Shown: positions 38,561 to 50,930 of the stretch, in pieces
Position numbering within the stretch: the stretch's first letter is position 1
Layout of the letters: the number at the start of each line of letters is the position of its first letter
NCBI RefSeq assembly: GCF_009914755.1
Contig: NC_060944.1
Strand: one strand, 5' to 3'
DNA: 64,000 bases
Source of the DNA: the human T2T-CHM13v2.0 reference genome, Homo sapiens
The notes under the pieces: model-generated
Told to the model about the DNA's origin: nothing
What the model saw: the letters and a program-made list of their open reading frames with translations, nothing else
Databases searched by the model: none
Made by a program: the position numbers and the translations under genes

Positions 38561-39400
38561 GCCATTCCCTCACCCCTGTACAATGTCTGTCCCCCACCAC
38601 AGCCAGTAGTGCCGCAGTAGATTTATGCTGCACAAAAGCTGTGAGCCTTCTGCCTGGGGAACCCCCGCAAAAGATCCCAACAGGAGTCTGTGGATCCTTG
38701 CCAGCAGGGACAATAGGATTACTTTTAGGAAAGTCTAGTTTAAGTTTAAAAGGCATACAAATACATACAGGAGTCATTGATTCAGATTATAATGGGGAAA
38801 TTCAAATTGTTATATCTACTTCTGTTCCCTGGAAAGCAGAGCCAGGAGAGCGCATAGCACAGCTCCTGACTGTGCAATGTGTGGGAATAGGAAAAAGTGA
38901 AATTAAATGAACAAGAGGATTTGGAAGCACAAATAAACAAGGCAAAGCAGCTTATTGGGTAAATCAAATTACTGATAAACGTCTTACCTGTGACATAACT
39001 ATGCAGGGAAAGAAATTTAAAGGTTTGGTAGATACAGGAGTGGACATTTCAATCATTTCTCTACAGCACTGGCCATCCGCGTGGCCAATTCAACCTGCTC
39101 AATTTAACATAGTTGGAATTGGTAAAGCCCCTGAAGTGGGATCAAAGTAGTTATATTTTGCATTGCGAAGGGCCCAATGGGCAATCTGGGACTATTCAAC
39201 CAATTATAACTTCTGTACCTACAAATTTATGGGGAAGAGATTTATTACAACAATGGGGAGCACAAGTTCTAATTCCAGAACAATTATATAGCCCTCAAAG
39301 TCAACATACAATGCATGAAATGGGGTATGTCCCTGTTATGGGACTAGAAAAAATTTGCAAGGTTTAAAAAGTTCCTGCCAAAGATTAGGATATCATTTTT
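38500..39400 (+). pseudogene. pro: HML-3 dUTPase-protease (pro), disrupted
   Basis: dUTPase motifs GKSSL, GVIDSDYNGEI, ERIAQL, RGFGST; aspartic protease LVDTGVD at about 39025-39045; NLWGRDLL; G-patch-like MGYVPVMGL; stop and frameshift present. Confidence 0.9.
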
Positions 39401-41090
39401 GATGGCAGCCATTGTTAAGCCTCCAGAACCTATACCTTTAAAATGGTTAGCAGATAAGCTAATTTGGATAGAGCAATGGCCGCTAAGTAAAGAGAAACTG
39501 GAGGCTTTAGGTATTAGTTACTGAACAATCAGAAAATGGGCACATAGCTCCAACATTTTCCCCTTGGAATTCTCCAGTTTTTGTAATTAAGAAAAAAATC
39601 AGGTAAATGGAGAATGTTAACTGACCTAAGAGCCATCAGTTCAGTTATACAACCTATGGGAGTATTACAGCCAGGATTGCCTTCTCCTGCTATAATTCCA
39701 AAAAATTGGCCTTTAATAGTCATAGATTTAAAAGACTGTTTCTTTACTACCCCTTTAGCTGAGCAAAATTGTAAATGGTTTGCATTTACAATTCCTGCAG
39801 TAAACAACCTGCAGCCTGCTAAGCGTTTTCATTGTTTTACAGATGGGTCTAGTAATGGTAAAGCTTCTTATTTTGGCTCAAAAAGTAAAGTTTTCCAGAC
39901 ATCCTATACTTCAGCTCAAAAAGCAGAGCTTGTAGCGGTAATTGAGGTATTGACTGCTTTTGATATGCCTATTAATGTGATTTCTGATTCTTCATACATG
40001 GTTTATTCCACACAGTTAATTGAAAATGCTCAGTTACGATTTCATACAGATGAACAACTGATGACTTTATTTACCCAATTGCAAACAGCAGTTAGGAGTA
40101 CAATGCATCCTTTTTACATCACTCACATTAGGGCTCATACACCTCTTCCAGGACCTTTGACTGAAGGGAATCAAATGGCCGATCGCCTAGTTGCTAATGC
40201 AATATCTAATGCTAGACACTTTCACAATTTAACCCATGTTAATGCCTCTGGTCTCAAACGCAGATACAACATTACCTGGAAAGAAGCTAAAGCTATTATC
40301 CAGTGATGCCCAACTTGCCAAATGGTACATTCCTCATCTTTTACAGGAGGAGTTAATCCTCAAGGATTGGAACCTAACTGTCTTTGGCAAATGGATGTCA
40401 CACATGTTCCTTCATTTGGGAGACTAGCTTATGTACATGTATGTGTGGACACCTTTTCTCACTTTGTCTGGGCTACATGCCAAACAGGAGAGTCTTCTGC
40501 CAGTGTTAAACATCACCTTTTGCAGTGTTTTGCGGTGAAGGGCATTCCAGCTTCTATTAAAACAGATGATGCCCCAGGTTATGCTAGCCAAGCCCTAGCT
40601 ACATTTTTCTCTATGTAGAATATTAAACACATTACTGGTATCCCATACAATTCTCAAGGACCAGCCATAGTAGAAAGAATGAATCTCTCCCTAAAACAGC
40701 AGTTGCAACAGCAGAAAAGGGGAGACAGAGAGTATGGGACCCCACAGATGCAACTGAACCTAGCATTATTAACTTTAAATTTTTTGAGCCTGCCCAAAGG
40801 ATAGATGTTATCAGCAGCTGAACAGCATCTACAGAAACCAGCTGCAAAGACAGAAGCAGAACAACTGATTTGGTGGAGAGATCTGATTACAAAAACTTAG
40901 GAAATAGGTAAAATAATAACTTGGGGTAGAGGTTATGCTTGTATTTCTCCAGGCAAAAATCAACAGCTGATTTGGATACCACCAAGACACCTGAAACCTT
41001 ATTATGAGCCAGATGCCAAGGAAGAGATTCCGGGAGGATCCCGAGTACTCCCCGGTTGCAGCCATGTCAAGACTGATGCTGAGGAGGACC
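39390..41090 (+). pseudogene. pol: HML-3 pol with in-frame deletion of most of RT; RNase H and integrase remnants
   Basis: PWNSPVF, LTDLRAI, IDLKDCFF, FAFTIP then directly CFTDGS (RNase H) and SAQKAEL; integrase [32 protein letters not shown] with stops. Confidence 0.9.
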
Positions 41091-42110
41091 CCAACTGTCA
41101 CAAACAACACATGTCAAACACAGCCACTCATCTGGGGACAGATCAAGAAGCTGCCACAGATGGCGGAAGAAAACCTGAGGAAAGTGGGACAACCAGTCAC
41201 AACAAGTAATTTAATGGTAGCTATGATAGCAGTTATCACCGCTGCTGTGAGTATTCCTTCAATAAGGACTGACACAGAGAACGATTATACTTATTGGGTA
41301 TATTTATCAATCTTGGCTGGCAACAATGCCTGGATGCAATCACTCTATGTCACAGTTACACATGCTTTCTGATCTCAGTATTTACCATAATAAATCTGCT
41401 CCTATAATTGAGGCATACCGCCCTCAAAAACCTATTTGTAAACAGGATTGGACCCAGTTAGAAAAAATGAACGTACTTGTTTAGGAAGATTGCATTGCAG
41501 AACAGGCAGAGGTGCTGCACAACAATTCCTATGGAATCATTATTAACTGGTCCCCTAAGGGGATGTTTAGCTTGAATTGCTCCTCTCAGTCCGTGTCCCA
41601 CGGTCATGCTATGTTCAGATAATCTGAACAAAACGGTCAGATGGTAGAAATAATAGAAGTATGGCAAGAGTTCCTATTATCTGGAACCATGTCGGTATAG
41701 TGGCACCTCAACCTCAAATGATATGGCCCACTCTAGGAGCTTAACATAAGGATTTGTGGAAACTATTAAATGCACTTAATGAGATCAAAATTTGGAAAAG
41801 AATAAAAAAGCATCTAGAAGGACACTCTACAAACTTGTCTTTGGATATTGCAAAATTAAAGAACAAATATTTAAAGTATCCCAGGCACACCTGACCTTAA
41901 TGCCAGGAACTGGAGTCCTTAAAGGAGCTGCAGACAGATTAGCAGCCAGTAACCCAATAAAAACACTTGGAAGCTCTGTGATTTCAATGATGATTGTGCT
42001 TTTAATCTATGTTGTTTGTCTTTATGTAGTCTGCAGATGTGGATCCTGACTCCTGCAAGAAGTAGCTCACCATGACAAAGCTGCCCTTGCTTTTATTGAT
42101 TTGCAAATCA
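41000..42110 (+). pseudogene. env: HML-3 env remnant, internally deleted
   Basis: Signal-region WGQIKKL, YTYWVY, IINWSPKG, DLWKLL joined to TM-like WKRIKKHLEGHSTNLSLDIAKL; hydrophobic membrane anchor at about 41980-42035. Confidence 0.8.
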
Positions 42111-42123
42111 AATAAGGGGGACA

Positions 42124-42638
42124 TGTTGGGAGCAAGCCCCCCAAAATCTGGCCATAAACTGGCCCCAAAACTGGCCATAAACAAAATCTCTGCAGCACTG
42201 TGACATGTTCATGATGGCCATAAAGCTTATGCTGGAAGGTTGTGGGTTTACCTCACAATGAGGGCAAGGAACACCTGGCCCGCCCAGGGCAGAAAACTGC
42301 TTAAAGGCATTCTTAAGCCACAAACAATAGCATGAGTGATCTGTGCCTTAAGGACATGCTCCTGCTGCAGTTAACTAGCCCAACCTGTTCCTTTAATTCG
42401 GCCCATCCCTTCATTTCCCATAAAGGATACTTTTAGTTAATTTAATATCTATAGAAACAATGCTAATGACTGGCTTGCTGTTAATAAATATGTGGGTAAA
42501 TCTCTGTTCGGGGCTCTCAGCTCTGAAGGCTGTGAGACCCCTGATCTCCCAGTTCACACCTCTGTATTTCTGTGTGTGTGTCTTTAATTCCTCTAGTGCC
42601 GCTGAGTTAGGGTATCCCTAACCAAGCTGGTTTCGACA
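42124..42638 (+). repeat. 3' LTR (MER9)
   Basis: Direct repeat of the 5' LTR, 6 bp shorter in the (TG)n; AATAAA at 42483. Confidence 0.95.
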
Positions 42639-43489
42639 TTTAGGGAACCTGGTCATGGCTGGGTATGGCATGACCATGAGCTTTGAAGGGGTGTAAAAAC
42701 CTAGCACTTATTCTTACCTCTTTTGGGTCTTTGAACCTATATTTATGGTAATGCTGGCTAGTGTTAACAGATACATTATCTGTGTTCTATCATGGTATAT
42801 GTATATGTCCCATCCACATCAAGTTAAATTGGTGAAGAGGTCTGCATCTAGTTACTAAGCATCCCAGGCTGCCATGGGATTTTATGATTTTTAGGATGTG
42901 GATTCCAAGGGTGCTCTGTGTGTGAATATTCACCCACCAGATGAAGAAAGAGAAGGATAGATAACCTCATAGGAGTTTTATAGGCTAAGCTGAAAGAGAT
43001 CTGCATTAATGGCCTAAATTTTATTAACGAGAACTGGAAGCACCTAATTGCTAAGGAAGGTGAGGGATGTAATCTACCCGTGTGCCTAAGAAGAAAGGGA
43101 GCTAGATTTCAGGAATGCTTAGCAGCCTTTGCCGTAGACCTCATTGAGAAAGGAAAGAAAGACCCTATATCCACCCACTACCCATCCCCCCAAAATATAC
43201 AAACAGCAAGACATATGAGAAAAATGCTGGTCATTTTGGAGTTTTACATCATCCTTCAAGCCACAGTCCCTAGGATAAAAACCACTGATATTCCAGTTTC
43301 TTAGAGAAAAGGATCAGATCCTAAGTGATGGATATTTGCCAACATCATTTGAAAGCCTCTTTAGCCATAAGCAGTACTTGGTTGCAGAGACTGAGAATTC
43401 ATCTTTGGGAAGATAAGGGAGGGAATTGCTACTGGCATCACCTACATATGGCTGCCACCTGCTCAGCATCTCCAGGGCTTACCCAGGGA

Positions 43490-45078
43490 TATCATTGCTA
43501 TAAGGATACTTGAAAAGGTGAAAACAACTTTGGAACTGGATAACAGGCAGAGGTTGGAAGAGTTTGGAGAGCTCAGAAGACATGAAGATGAGAGAAAGTT
43601 TGGAACTTCTTAGAGACTCGTTAAATGATTGTGACCAAAATGCTGAAAGTGATATGGACAGTGGAGTCCAGGCTGATGAGGTCTCAGATGGAAATGAGGA
43701 ACTTACTGGGGACTAGAGCAAATGTCACGTGTTATGCCATAGCAAATAACTTGGCTATAAAGTGCCCTTGCTCTAGGAATCTTTGTAAGTTTGAACTTTA
43801 TATTGGTGAGTTAGGTTATCTGGCAGAAGAAATTTCTAAGTAGCAAAGTGTTCAAGACTTGACCTGGCTGCTTCTAACAACTTATGCTCATATGTGGGAG
43901 TGAATGAATGATCTAAAGTTGGAACTTAAAAGGGAAGCAGAGCACAAAAGTTTGGAAGATTTGAAGCCTGGACATGTGGCAGAGAAAGAAAAAGATTTTT
44001 CAGGAGAGGAATTCAAGCAGGCTGTGGAGCAACCACTTGGTAGATAAATTTCCATAACTAACAGGGAGCCAAGTATGGATAGCCAAGACAAGGGAAAAAG
44101 ACACTGAAGGCATTTCAGAGACCTTCAGTGAAGCCATTCCCAACACAGGCAGAGAGGCCTCTTGGAAGGAAGAAGGGTTTCATGGGTTTGGTCCAGGGCC
44201 CTGCTGCCCTGTGCAGCCTTGGGACATTGTTCCCCACATCCAGGCTGTTCTAGCTCCAGCCTTGTCTCAGAGGACCCCTGGTACTGCTCTGGCCACTGTT
44301 TCAGAAGGCACAAGCCAAAAGCCTGGAAGCTCCCATGTGTCGTTAAGCCTATGAGTGCACAGAGTGCAAGAATGAGTGAGGCTTGGGAACTTCTGCCTAG
44401 ATTTCAGAGGATGTATGGGAAAGCCTGAGTGCCCAGGCAAAAGCCTACTACAGAAAACCTCGCAAAAAACCTCTACCAGGGCAGTGTGGAGGGGGAAATG
44501 TAGGGTTAGAACCCCCACACAAAGTCCCCACTGGGGCACTGCCTGGTGGAGCTGTGGGAAGGGAGTCACTGACCTCCAGACCCCAGAATGGTAGATACAC
44601 TGGTAGCTTGCACCCTACACATGAAAAAGCTGCAGGCACTAAGCAACCCGTGAGAGCAGTCAACCGGAGTGGAGCTGTCCAGGGCTTTGGGAATGCACCC
44701 CTTGTACCTCTGTGCTGTGCATGTGGGAAATGTAGTCAAAGAGCTTATTTTGGAACTTTAAGATTTAATGATTGCCCTGTTGGATTTTGAACTTGTGTGG
44801 GGCCTGTAGCCCCTTTCTTTTTGACCTATGTCTCCCTTTTGGAATGGGAATATTTACCTAGTGATTATACTTGCATGATAAAATATCCTAGGAGTCAAAT
44901 AACTTGTTTTTGATTTTAGAGGTTCATAGGTGGAAAGGACTTGCCTCATCTCAAATGAGACTTTGGACTTTTGAGTTAATGCTGGAATGAGTTAAGACTT
45001 TGGAGGACTGTTGAGAAGGCATAATTATACTTTGCAATGTAAGAAGGACATGAGATTTGGGAGGGGCCAGGGATGGAA
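43490..45078 (+). mobile_element. MaLR internal region (MSTA-int-like), 5' LTR missing
   Basis: aactttggaactggataacaggcagaggttggaagagtttggag...gaggtctcagatggaaatgagg...gacatgagatttgggaggggccaggg. Confidence 0.85.
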
Positions 45079-45503
45079 TAATATAATGTGAATATTTGTT
45101 ACCACCCAAATCTCATTATGGAATTATAATCCTAGTGATGGTGGGGCCTGGTGGGAGATGTTTGGATAATGGGGGAAGGTCCCTCATGGTTTGGTGCTGT
45201 CTTTGTGATAGTGAGTTCTCATGAGATCGAATAATTTCAAATGTGTGGCCCCTCCCCTGTCTCTCTCTCTCTCTCCCCCACCCCCCACTTGCTCCTGCTT
45301 TTTTCATGTGACTTGCGTGCTCCCTCATCATCTTTTGCCACAACTGTAAGTTTCCTGAGGCCTTCCAAGAAATTGAGCAGATGCCAGCGCTATGCTTCCT
45401 GTAAAGCCTACAAAACTGTGAGCCAATTAAACCTCTTTTTTTAAATAAATTACTCAGTCTCTCGTATTTCTTTATATTGTAGTAATGCAAAAATGGCCTA
45501 ACA
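45079..45503 (+). mobile_element. MSTA-like 3' LTR
   Basis: cccaaatctcat...ggggcctggtgggag...tgtaagtttcctgaggcc...gagcagatgccagc...tgtgagccaattaaacctctttt. Confidence 0.85.
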
Positions 45504-45509
45504 CTTTTA

Positions 45510-47940
45510 TGTTTTCACTTCATTTGTGTAGTTAATTGGTTGTAAGGTAAGCATGTAGTTTAATTTACAGGAAAATATCCAAATATTTTCCAAAGCAGGC
45601 ATATAATTTCTCATCCCAGTAATCAAAACGTAAGTTCTAGTAACTGTATCTTTGCCAAGATTTAGTATTGTCTTTCTTCTCCTGCCTCCATATTCTCAGA
45701 GGTATGTAGTGGTATCTCATTATGGTTTTAATTTGCATTATCCTAATGATTAATAATATAGAGCATCATTGCACACTTACTTGCCATTTGCATATCATCG
45801 TTGGTTAAATATCAGCCTAAGTCTTTTGCTCACTTAAAAATTTGTTATCTTTTTAAAAAGTTCTTTATATATTCTGGATACAAGTACCTTATTAGATTAA
45901 TGTGTTTGAAAGTATCTTCTCCTATTTTGTGGCTTGTTTTTCATTATTGTAACAGGGTCTTATGAAGAGCAGAAGTTCTTATTTTTAATTAAAGTCCTAT
46001 TTATCATTTTTTCCTTTTAATGGCTGTGCTTTTAGTGTTGTATCTAAAATGTCTTTGCCTAACTCAATATCACAAAGATTATCTCCTATTTTTTTCCTAG
46101 AAGTTCTATGAGTAGAGGTTTTAGGTTTACATCTATAATATATTCTCAATTAATTTTTTGCCGGTGGTGCAAAGTATGGATTACAATTTATATATTTTTG
46201 GATATGATGCAATTTTTCCATGGGTGCGTTACCTTTTTCATTTTGTTAGTTTTGTACCTTTGTTTAAAAACATCAATTGTCAATATATGTATGGGTCTTG
46301 GTCTGACTTACTTGTGATCCATTAATTTATGAGTATATTATTTCATTGATAATACAATGTCCTGGTTATTGTAGCTTTATAGTAAGTCTTAAAATTAGCC
46401 TGTATGAGTACTGCAATTTTGACCTTTTTTCTAAAATTATTTTGGTTATTATATTCTCTTTGCATTACCATGTAAATTTTAGAATCATCTTGTCAATTTT
46501 TACAAAATACCTTGCTGTGATTTTGATTGAGATTGTACTGAATATAAAGATTGTGAGATGGGCAATTGACATCTTAATACCACTGAGTCATCCAGTCTAT
46601 TAACATAATAGGTCTCATTTATATAGGTATTCTTTGACTTCTTTGGTCAGTATTTTGTAGTTTCCAGTGTACAGATCTTGTATATATTTTGTCAGCTTTA
46701 ACCTCAATTTTTTATGTTTTAGGGACATTTTTTCTTTTTTCAACTTTAATTTCTAATTTTAATTCCCAAATGTTCATCGCTGCAATACAGAAACATAATT
46801 GATTTTTGTACATTTAATTTGACCATGAAAACTTGCTAAACTCATTTATTAGTTTTGGTATGTTTTATGTAGCATATTTGGGATTTTCTGAGTAGACAAA
46901 CATACTGTCTGCAAATATGACAGTTTTATCTGTTTCTTACCAAAATTTATAGTTTCTATTTTTTCTTGTGCTCTAGTGTGAATTTGAATAGGAGTGGAGA
47001 AAGCATGCATCCTTGTCTTTTGCCTAATTTTAGTGGAAAAACTATAGGTATTTGTAGCCTCTCTAAATTATGTTGAGAAGGTTTCCATTTGGTTTTAGTT
47101 TGCTGAGTTAAAAAAAATCAATTATAGATTTTGAATATGTGGAAAACTTTTTCCTGCTTATATTAAGAAACTCATATTGTTTTCCTTATTTAATCTGTTC
47201 ATATAATAAATTTCATCATTTCTGTGATGAGCCTTACTCGGTTGTTTTGTATTATCTCCTTTTTATATTGCCAGATTCTACGTGTAATTTTTTTGAGGAT
47301 TTTTAAATGTATGTTCACAAGAAATGTTTTTCTGTGATTTTCCTTTCTTAGAATGCTTTTGTATGGCTTTGGTAGTATTAGGGTAATGCTGGCCTCATAA
47401 AATGAATTGGGGAGTGTTATCTCCACTTCTATTTTCTAAAAGAGATTTGTGGAATTGGCATTATTTATTCTTTAAGTGTTTGATAGAATTTTCCAGTGAA
47501 ATCATCTGGTCCTAAAGTTTTCTTTCTTGGAAGATTTATAGTTATTAATTAATTATTTCAATTGATTTAGGACTATTCAGTTTATCTATTTCTCCTGGAA
47601 TGAACTTTAGTAGTTTGTATCTTTTAACGAATTTTACCATTTCATTTATTTATAGACATAAGTTGTTTTTAATATTCCCACATTATTTTATATGTAGAAT
47701 TTATACTGATATCCCTTTTATATTCCTTATATTTGTCTTTTGCATCTTCTCTTTTTTTGTTTTTATTTAACTTCTGGCCAGAAATTTATCGATTTTATTG
47801 ACTTTCGCACAGTCAGCTTTTGGTTTAATTAATTTTCTTTATTGTTTTTGGTTTGCAATTGCATTAGTTTCTGCTCTTATATAGTCAGTAAAAATTTAAT
47901 AAAATTTTATTTCCACTGATTTATATTCTTTTGCTTTTTT
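45510..47940 (-). mobile_element. Old L1M ORF2 remnant (antisense)
   Basis: T-rich; ORF 47199-47426 LPNSFYEASITLI resembles L1 ORF2; gtagtggtatctcattatggttttaatttgcat. Confidence 0.85.
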
Positions 47941-47944
47941 CAAC

Positions 47945-48310
47945 ACTGATTTACATTAAAAACTCCAAGCACACTATAACTGAGGGGAACTTCCTTGACA
48001 TAATGCATCTACAAAAATGCTAAAGCCAATATTATACTTAATGGTGAAAAATTGGGTGCTTCCTCCAATTTCTCAAGAAGTCAAGAAGTAGGCAAGGATA
48101 TCCTTTCTCACCATTCCTATTCAATGTGATACTCAAAATTCTAGCTAGTGCAATAAGATAAGAAAAGGAAATAAGTATCCGCAGATTGGAAATGAAAACA
48201 TAAAATGGTTTGAAGATGACATGGTTGTCTGTAAAGAAAATCCAAAGGATTTGACAAATAAACTCCTGGAACAGATAAATGATTATAGTGAGGTTTTAGG
48301 ATATAAGGCA
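47945..48310 (+). mobile_element. L1M ORF2 RT fragment (sense)
   Basis: tttctcaccattcctattcaatgtgatac...gaagatgacatggttgtc is a degenerate copy of the FADD region. Confidence 0.75.
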
Positions 48311-49300
48311 TATTAGTTTCTAGGGCTTCTTTAACAAATTACCACAAACTGCATGGCTAAAAAAAACAGAAATTTGTTTTCCTATTATTGTGAAGGCTAG
48401 GAGCCTGAAATCAAGGTGTTGGCAGTGCTGTGTTCTCTCCAAACACTTCAAAGAAGATTCCTTCTTTGACTCTTCCTAGCTTCTGGTGGTTACAAACAAT
48501 TCTTGACACTCCTTGATTTATAGATGCATCTCTCCATTTTTTGCCTCCAGTCTTCACATGATGCTCTTCTCTGGTGTGACTGTTTCTTCACCTGGCTTTC
48601 TTATAACAGGTACCAGTAATTGGATGTACAGCTCATCCTAATCCAGTGTGAACACATCGTAACTTAACTAATTACATCTGAAAATACCTATTTTCAAATA
48701 AGGTGACATCCGCAGGTACCAGGGCTAGGACTTGAACATATCTTTTTGAAGAAATTCACAGTAGGACTCCCCAAATTCATGTCCTTCTCATGTGCAAAAT
48801 ACACTCACCCTGTCCCAACATCTCCCAAAGTCCTAACCCATTTCAACATCAATTCAAAGTCCAAAATCTCATAAAATATTCTCAACTAAAAATGTTCCAA
48901 ATCTCACCATGAAAATCATCCACATTTGGTATGATCTGAGTATGATCCATCCTGGGGCACTATTCTTTTTTATCTGTGGGCCTGTGAAACTGGAAAACAA
49001 GCCATTTCATTTCAAATACAGTAGTGAGAGAGACATATGATAGACATTCCCATTTCAAAGGAAGACATTGGAAGAAATAAAGGGGTCACAAGTTTCAAGG
49101 AAGTCCAAAGCCTATTAGAAAAAAATCTATTAGACTGTAAGGTTGGAGAATCATTTTCTTTGACTTTATTCTGTGTCCTATAGGCTGAGGGCAGGTAGAG
49201 CTCTTTTCTTAGCAGCCGGGGAAGCAACTCCATCCTCTAGGCTCTGGGCTTCCAGAGACTGTTGGCACCAGCTCCACTCTTTTGGCCCCCAGCTAGATAA
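48310..49300 (-). mobile_element. MLT1 LTR (about 48310-48760) plus adjoining MLT1 internal sequence
   Basis: tattagtttctagggc...aaattaccacaaact...aatcaaggtgttggcag; internal tccccaaattcatgtccttctcatgtgcaaaatac...tccaaaatctcat. Confidence 0.75.
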
Positions 49301-49309
49301 AAGTAGCCA

Positions 49310-50540
49310 GTCTGAAAAGCCTACATAGTATATAATGCTAATTATACAACATTCTGGAAAATATAAGATTATAGAGGCTGTAAAGGGATCAAGGAAAAGG
49401 GAGAAATAAATATGTGAAGCATAGGAAAATTTTAGGGCAAAGAAATTATTATTTATAATCCTGCAATAAGGCCTGTTTTCAAAATTGATAGAATTTTACA
49501 GCACAAAGAAAGAACCTTAATATATGCAATTTAAAAATTATTTAGTAAGTTGGAGGATTCCACAAAGAAATGCAGACTATGGCTAGAGAATCTAACTGTA
49601 CTACAAAAGCAGGAGGCTGATAAATTATTCATTTTTGTAACTTTAGAAATGAGTGGAGTTGGTAAGACTAACGGCAAATGTAGCTGCACATAAGCATTGT
49701 ACTCTAGTTCATAGAGGTCTTTCCCACACGGGTATGTCTTAGCAATTCTAGTACTGCCATACATCTTAATACTGCTATACTTAATAGTGGAACTAGTAAG
49801 TAATAAGTGGAAGATGATGGAGCCAGGTTTCTGACTGTTGGAGTGGAAATTTACAGATTAGAAAGGGAAGGAGGCTAGAATAATCTATGTGATAATGGAT
49901 TAGCATTAGAAACAACAGTAATATAGAATAGATGATTTTATATATATAAATTATTCATAGATACGTGTATATACACCATTTACACACACACACACACCCC
50001 TACACCTTTTTCTCTGTCAGCTGATAGAGCCTAAGAAAAGTAACACCTCAGTGGCAATGAGCTCCCAAGCACCTAAATCTTGATTTCTAATACCATTCCC
50101 TGCTCTCGGCCCTAAAAAAAAAAACACCAAAATTCTTTGGAAAAATGGCTGATTCTAGAACTGAGACAGGGAATATACAAGATGAGCCTGGAGCAACTTG
50201 TAATGCCAGAAACTGGAAGTACTCAACGAACAAGCAAACAAACCTCACATTGATGGGAGTATGCAACAAACAAACAAACAAACACAAAAAACAAATAAAC
50301 AACAAGACAAAACACAGAAGCTAACTGAAAGAGCTACCAATGGTCAATGCTAAAGCAAATTGAGAAAAAAAGAAGTTGTATTAGATTCTAACCCAAAGTA
50401 TAAAATAAGTATCTGAGTCTATACTGATATGAATACGTGGTTGAGTAAATTATTGACTAAATAAATGCAGGAGAATAGACAAATCTCTCATGTAGAAGAA
50501 TCCCAAATAATTCACATAGATACTCCACCCTCTGGAAAGT
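49310..50540 (+). mobile_element. L1MC-type long 3' UTR
   Basis: acattctggaaaa...tgatggagccaggtttctgactgttggagtgg...aaaatggctgattctagaactgagacagggaatatacaagatgagcctggagc. Confidence 0.75.
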
Positions 50541-50544
50541 GAAG

Positions 50545-50930
50545 GGCTTGAATGCTTAAAAATCCATACGTTGAAATCCGAACCCCCAGTACTTCAAAAT
50601 GTGAATTGATTTGAAGATAGGGTTTTTACAGAGGCAATCAAGTTAAAATGAGGTCATTAGTGTGGGTCCTAATCTGAAATGACCAGTACCTTATAAGAAG
50701 AAGAAATTTTAACACAGACATAGACAAAAAAGAAGACAATCTGAAGACACAGGGAGAAGAAGATAATCTACAAGTCAAGGAGAGAAGCCTGTAGCAGGCA
50801 TTTCCCTTACATCTCTCAGAGGGAAACAACCCTGCTGTCAGCTTGATCTTTTAGCTTCCAGAACTGTGAGGAAAAACATTCTGTTAAGTCACCCAGTCTG
50901 TGGTCCTTTGTAAAAGCAGCTTTAGCACAG
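50545..50930 (+). mobile_element. MLT1B-like solo LTR
   Basis: aatccatacgttgaaatccgaacccccagtac...ttaaaatgaggtcattagtgtggg...ttccagaactgtgag...aagtcacccagtctgtgg. Confidence 0.8.

Larger units (their letters stand above)
36506..42638 (+). mobile_element. HERV-K(HML-3)/HERVK9 provirus, internally deleted, 6133 bp
   Basis: Two TG...CA MER9 LTRs, PBS-like sequence after the 5' LTR, polypurine tract aataaggggg before the 3' LTR, gag-dUTPase/pro-pol-env remnants, 6-bp TSD cttagg (36500-36505) / tttagg (42639-42644). Confidence 0.95.

Noticed and set aside
37175-42110. Functional HERV proteins
   Set aside because: All four genes carry stops, frameshifts or deletions, and RT lacks the catalytic YxDD motif.
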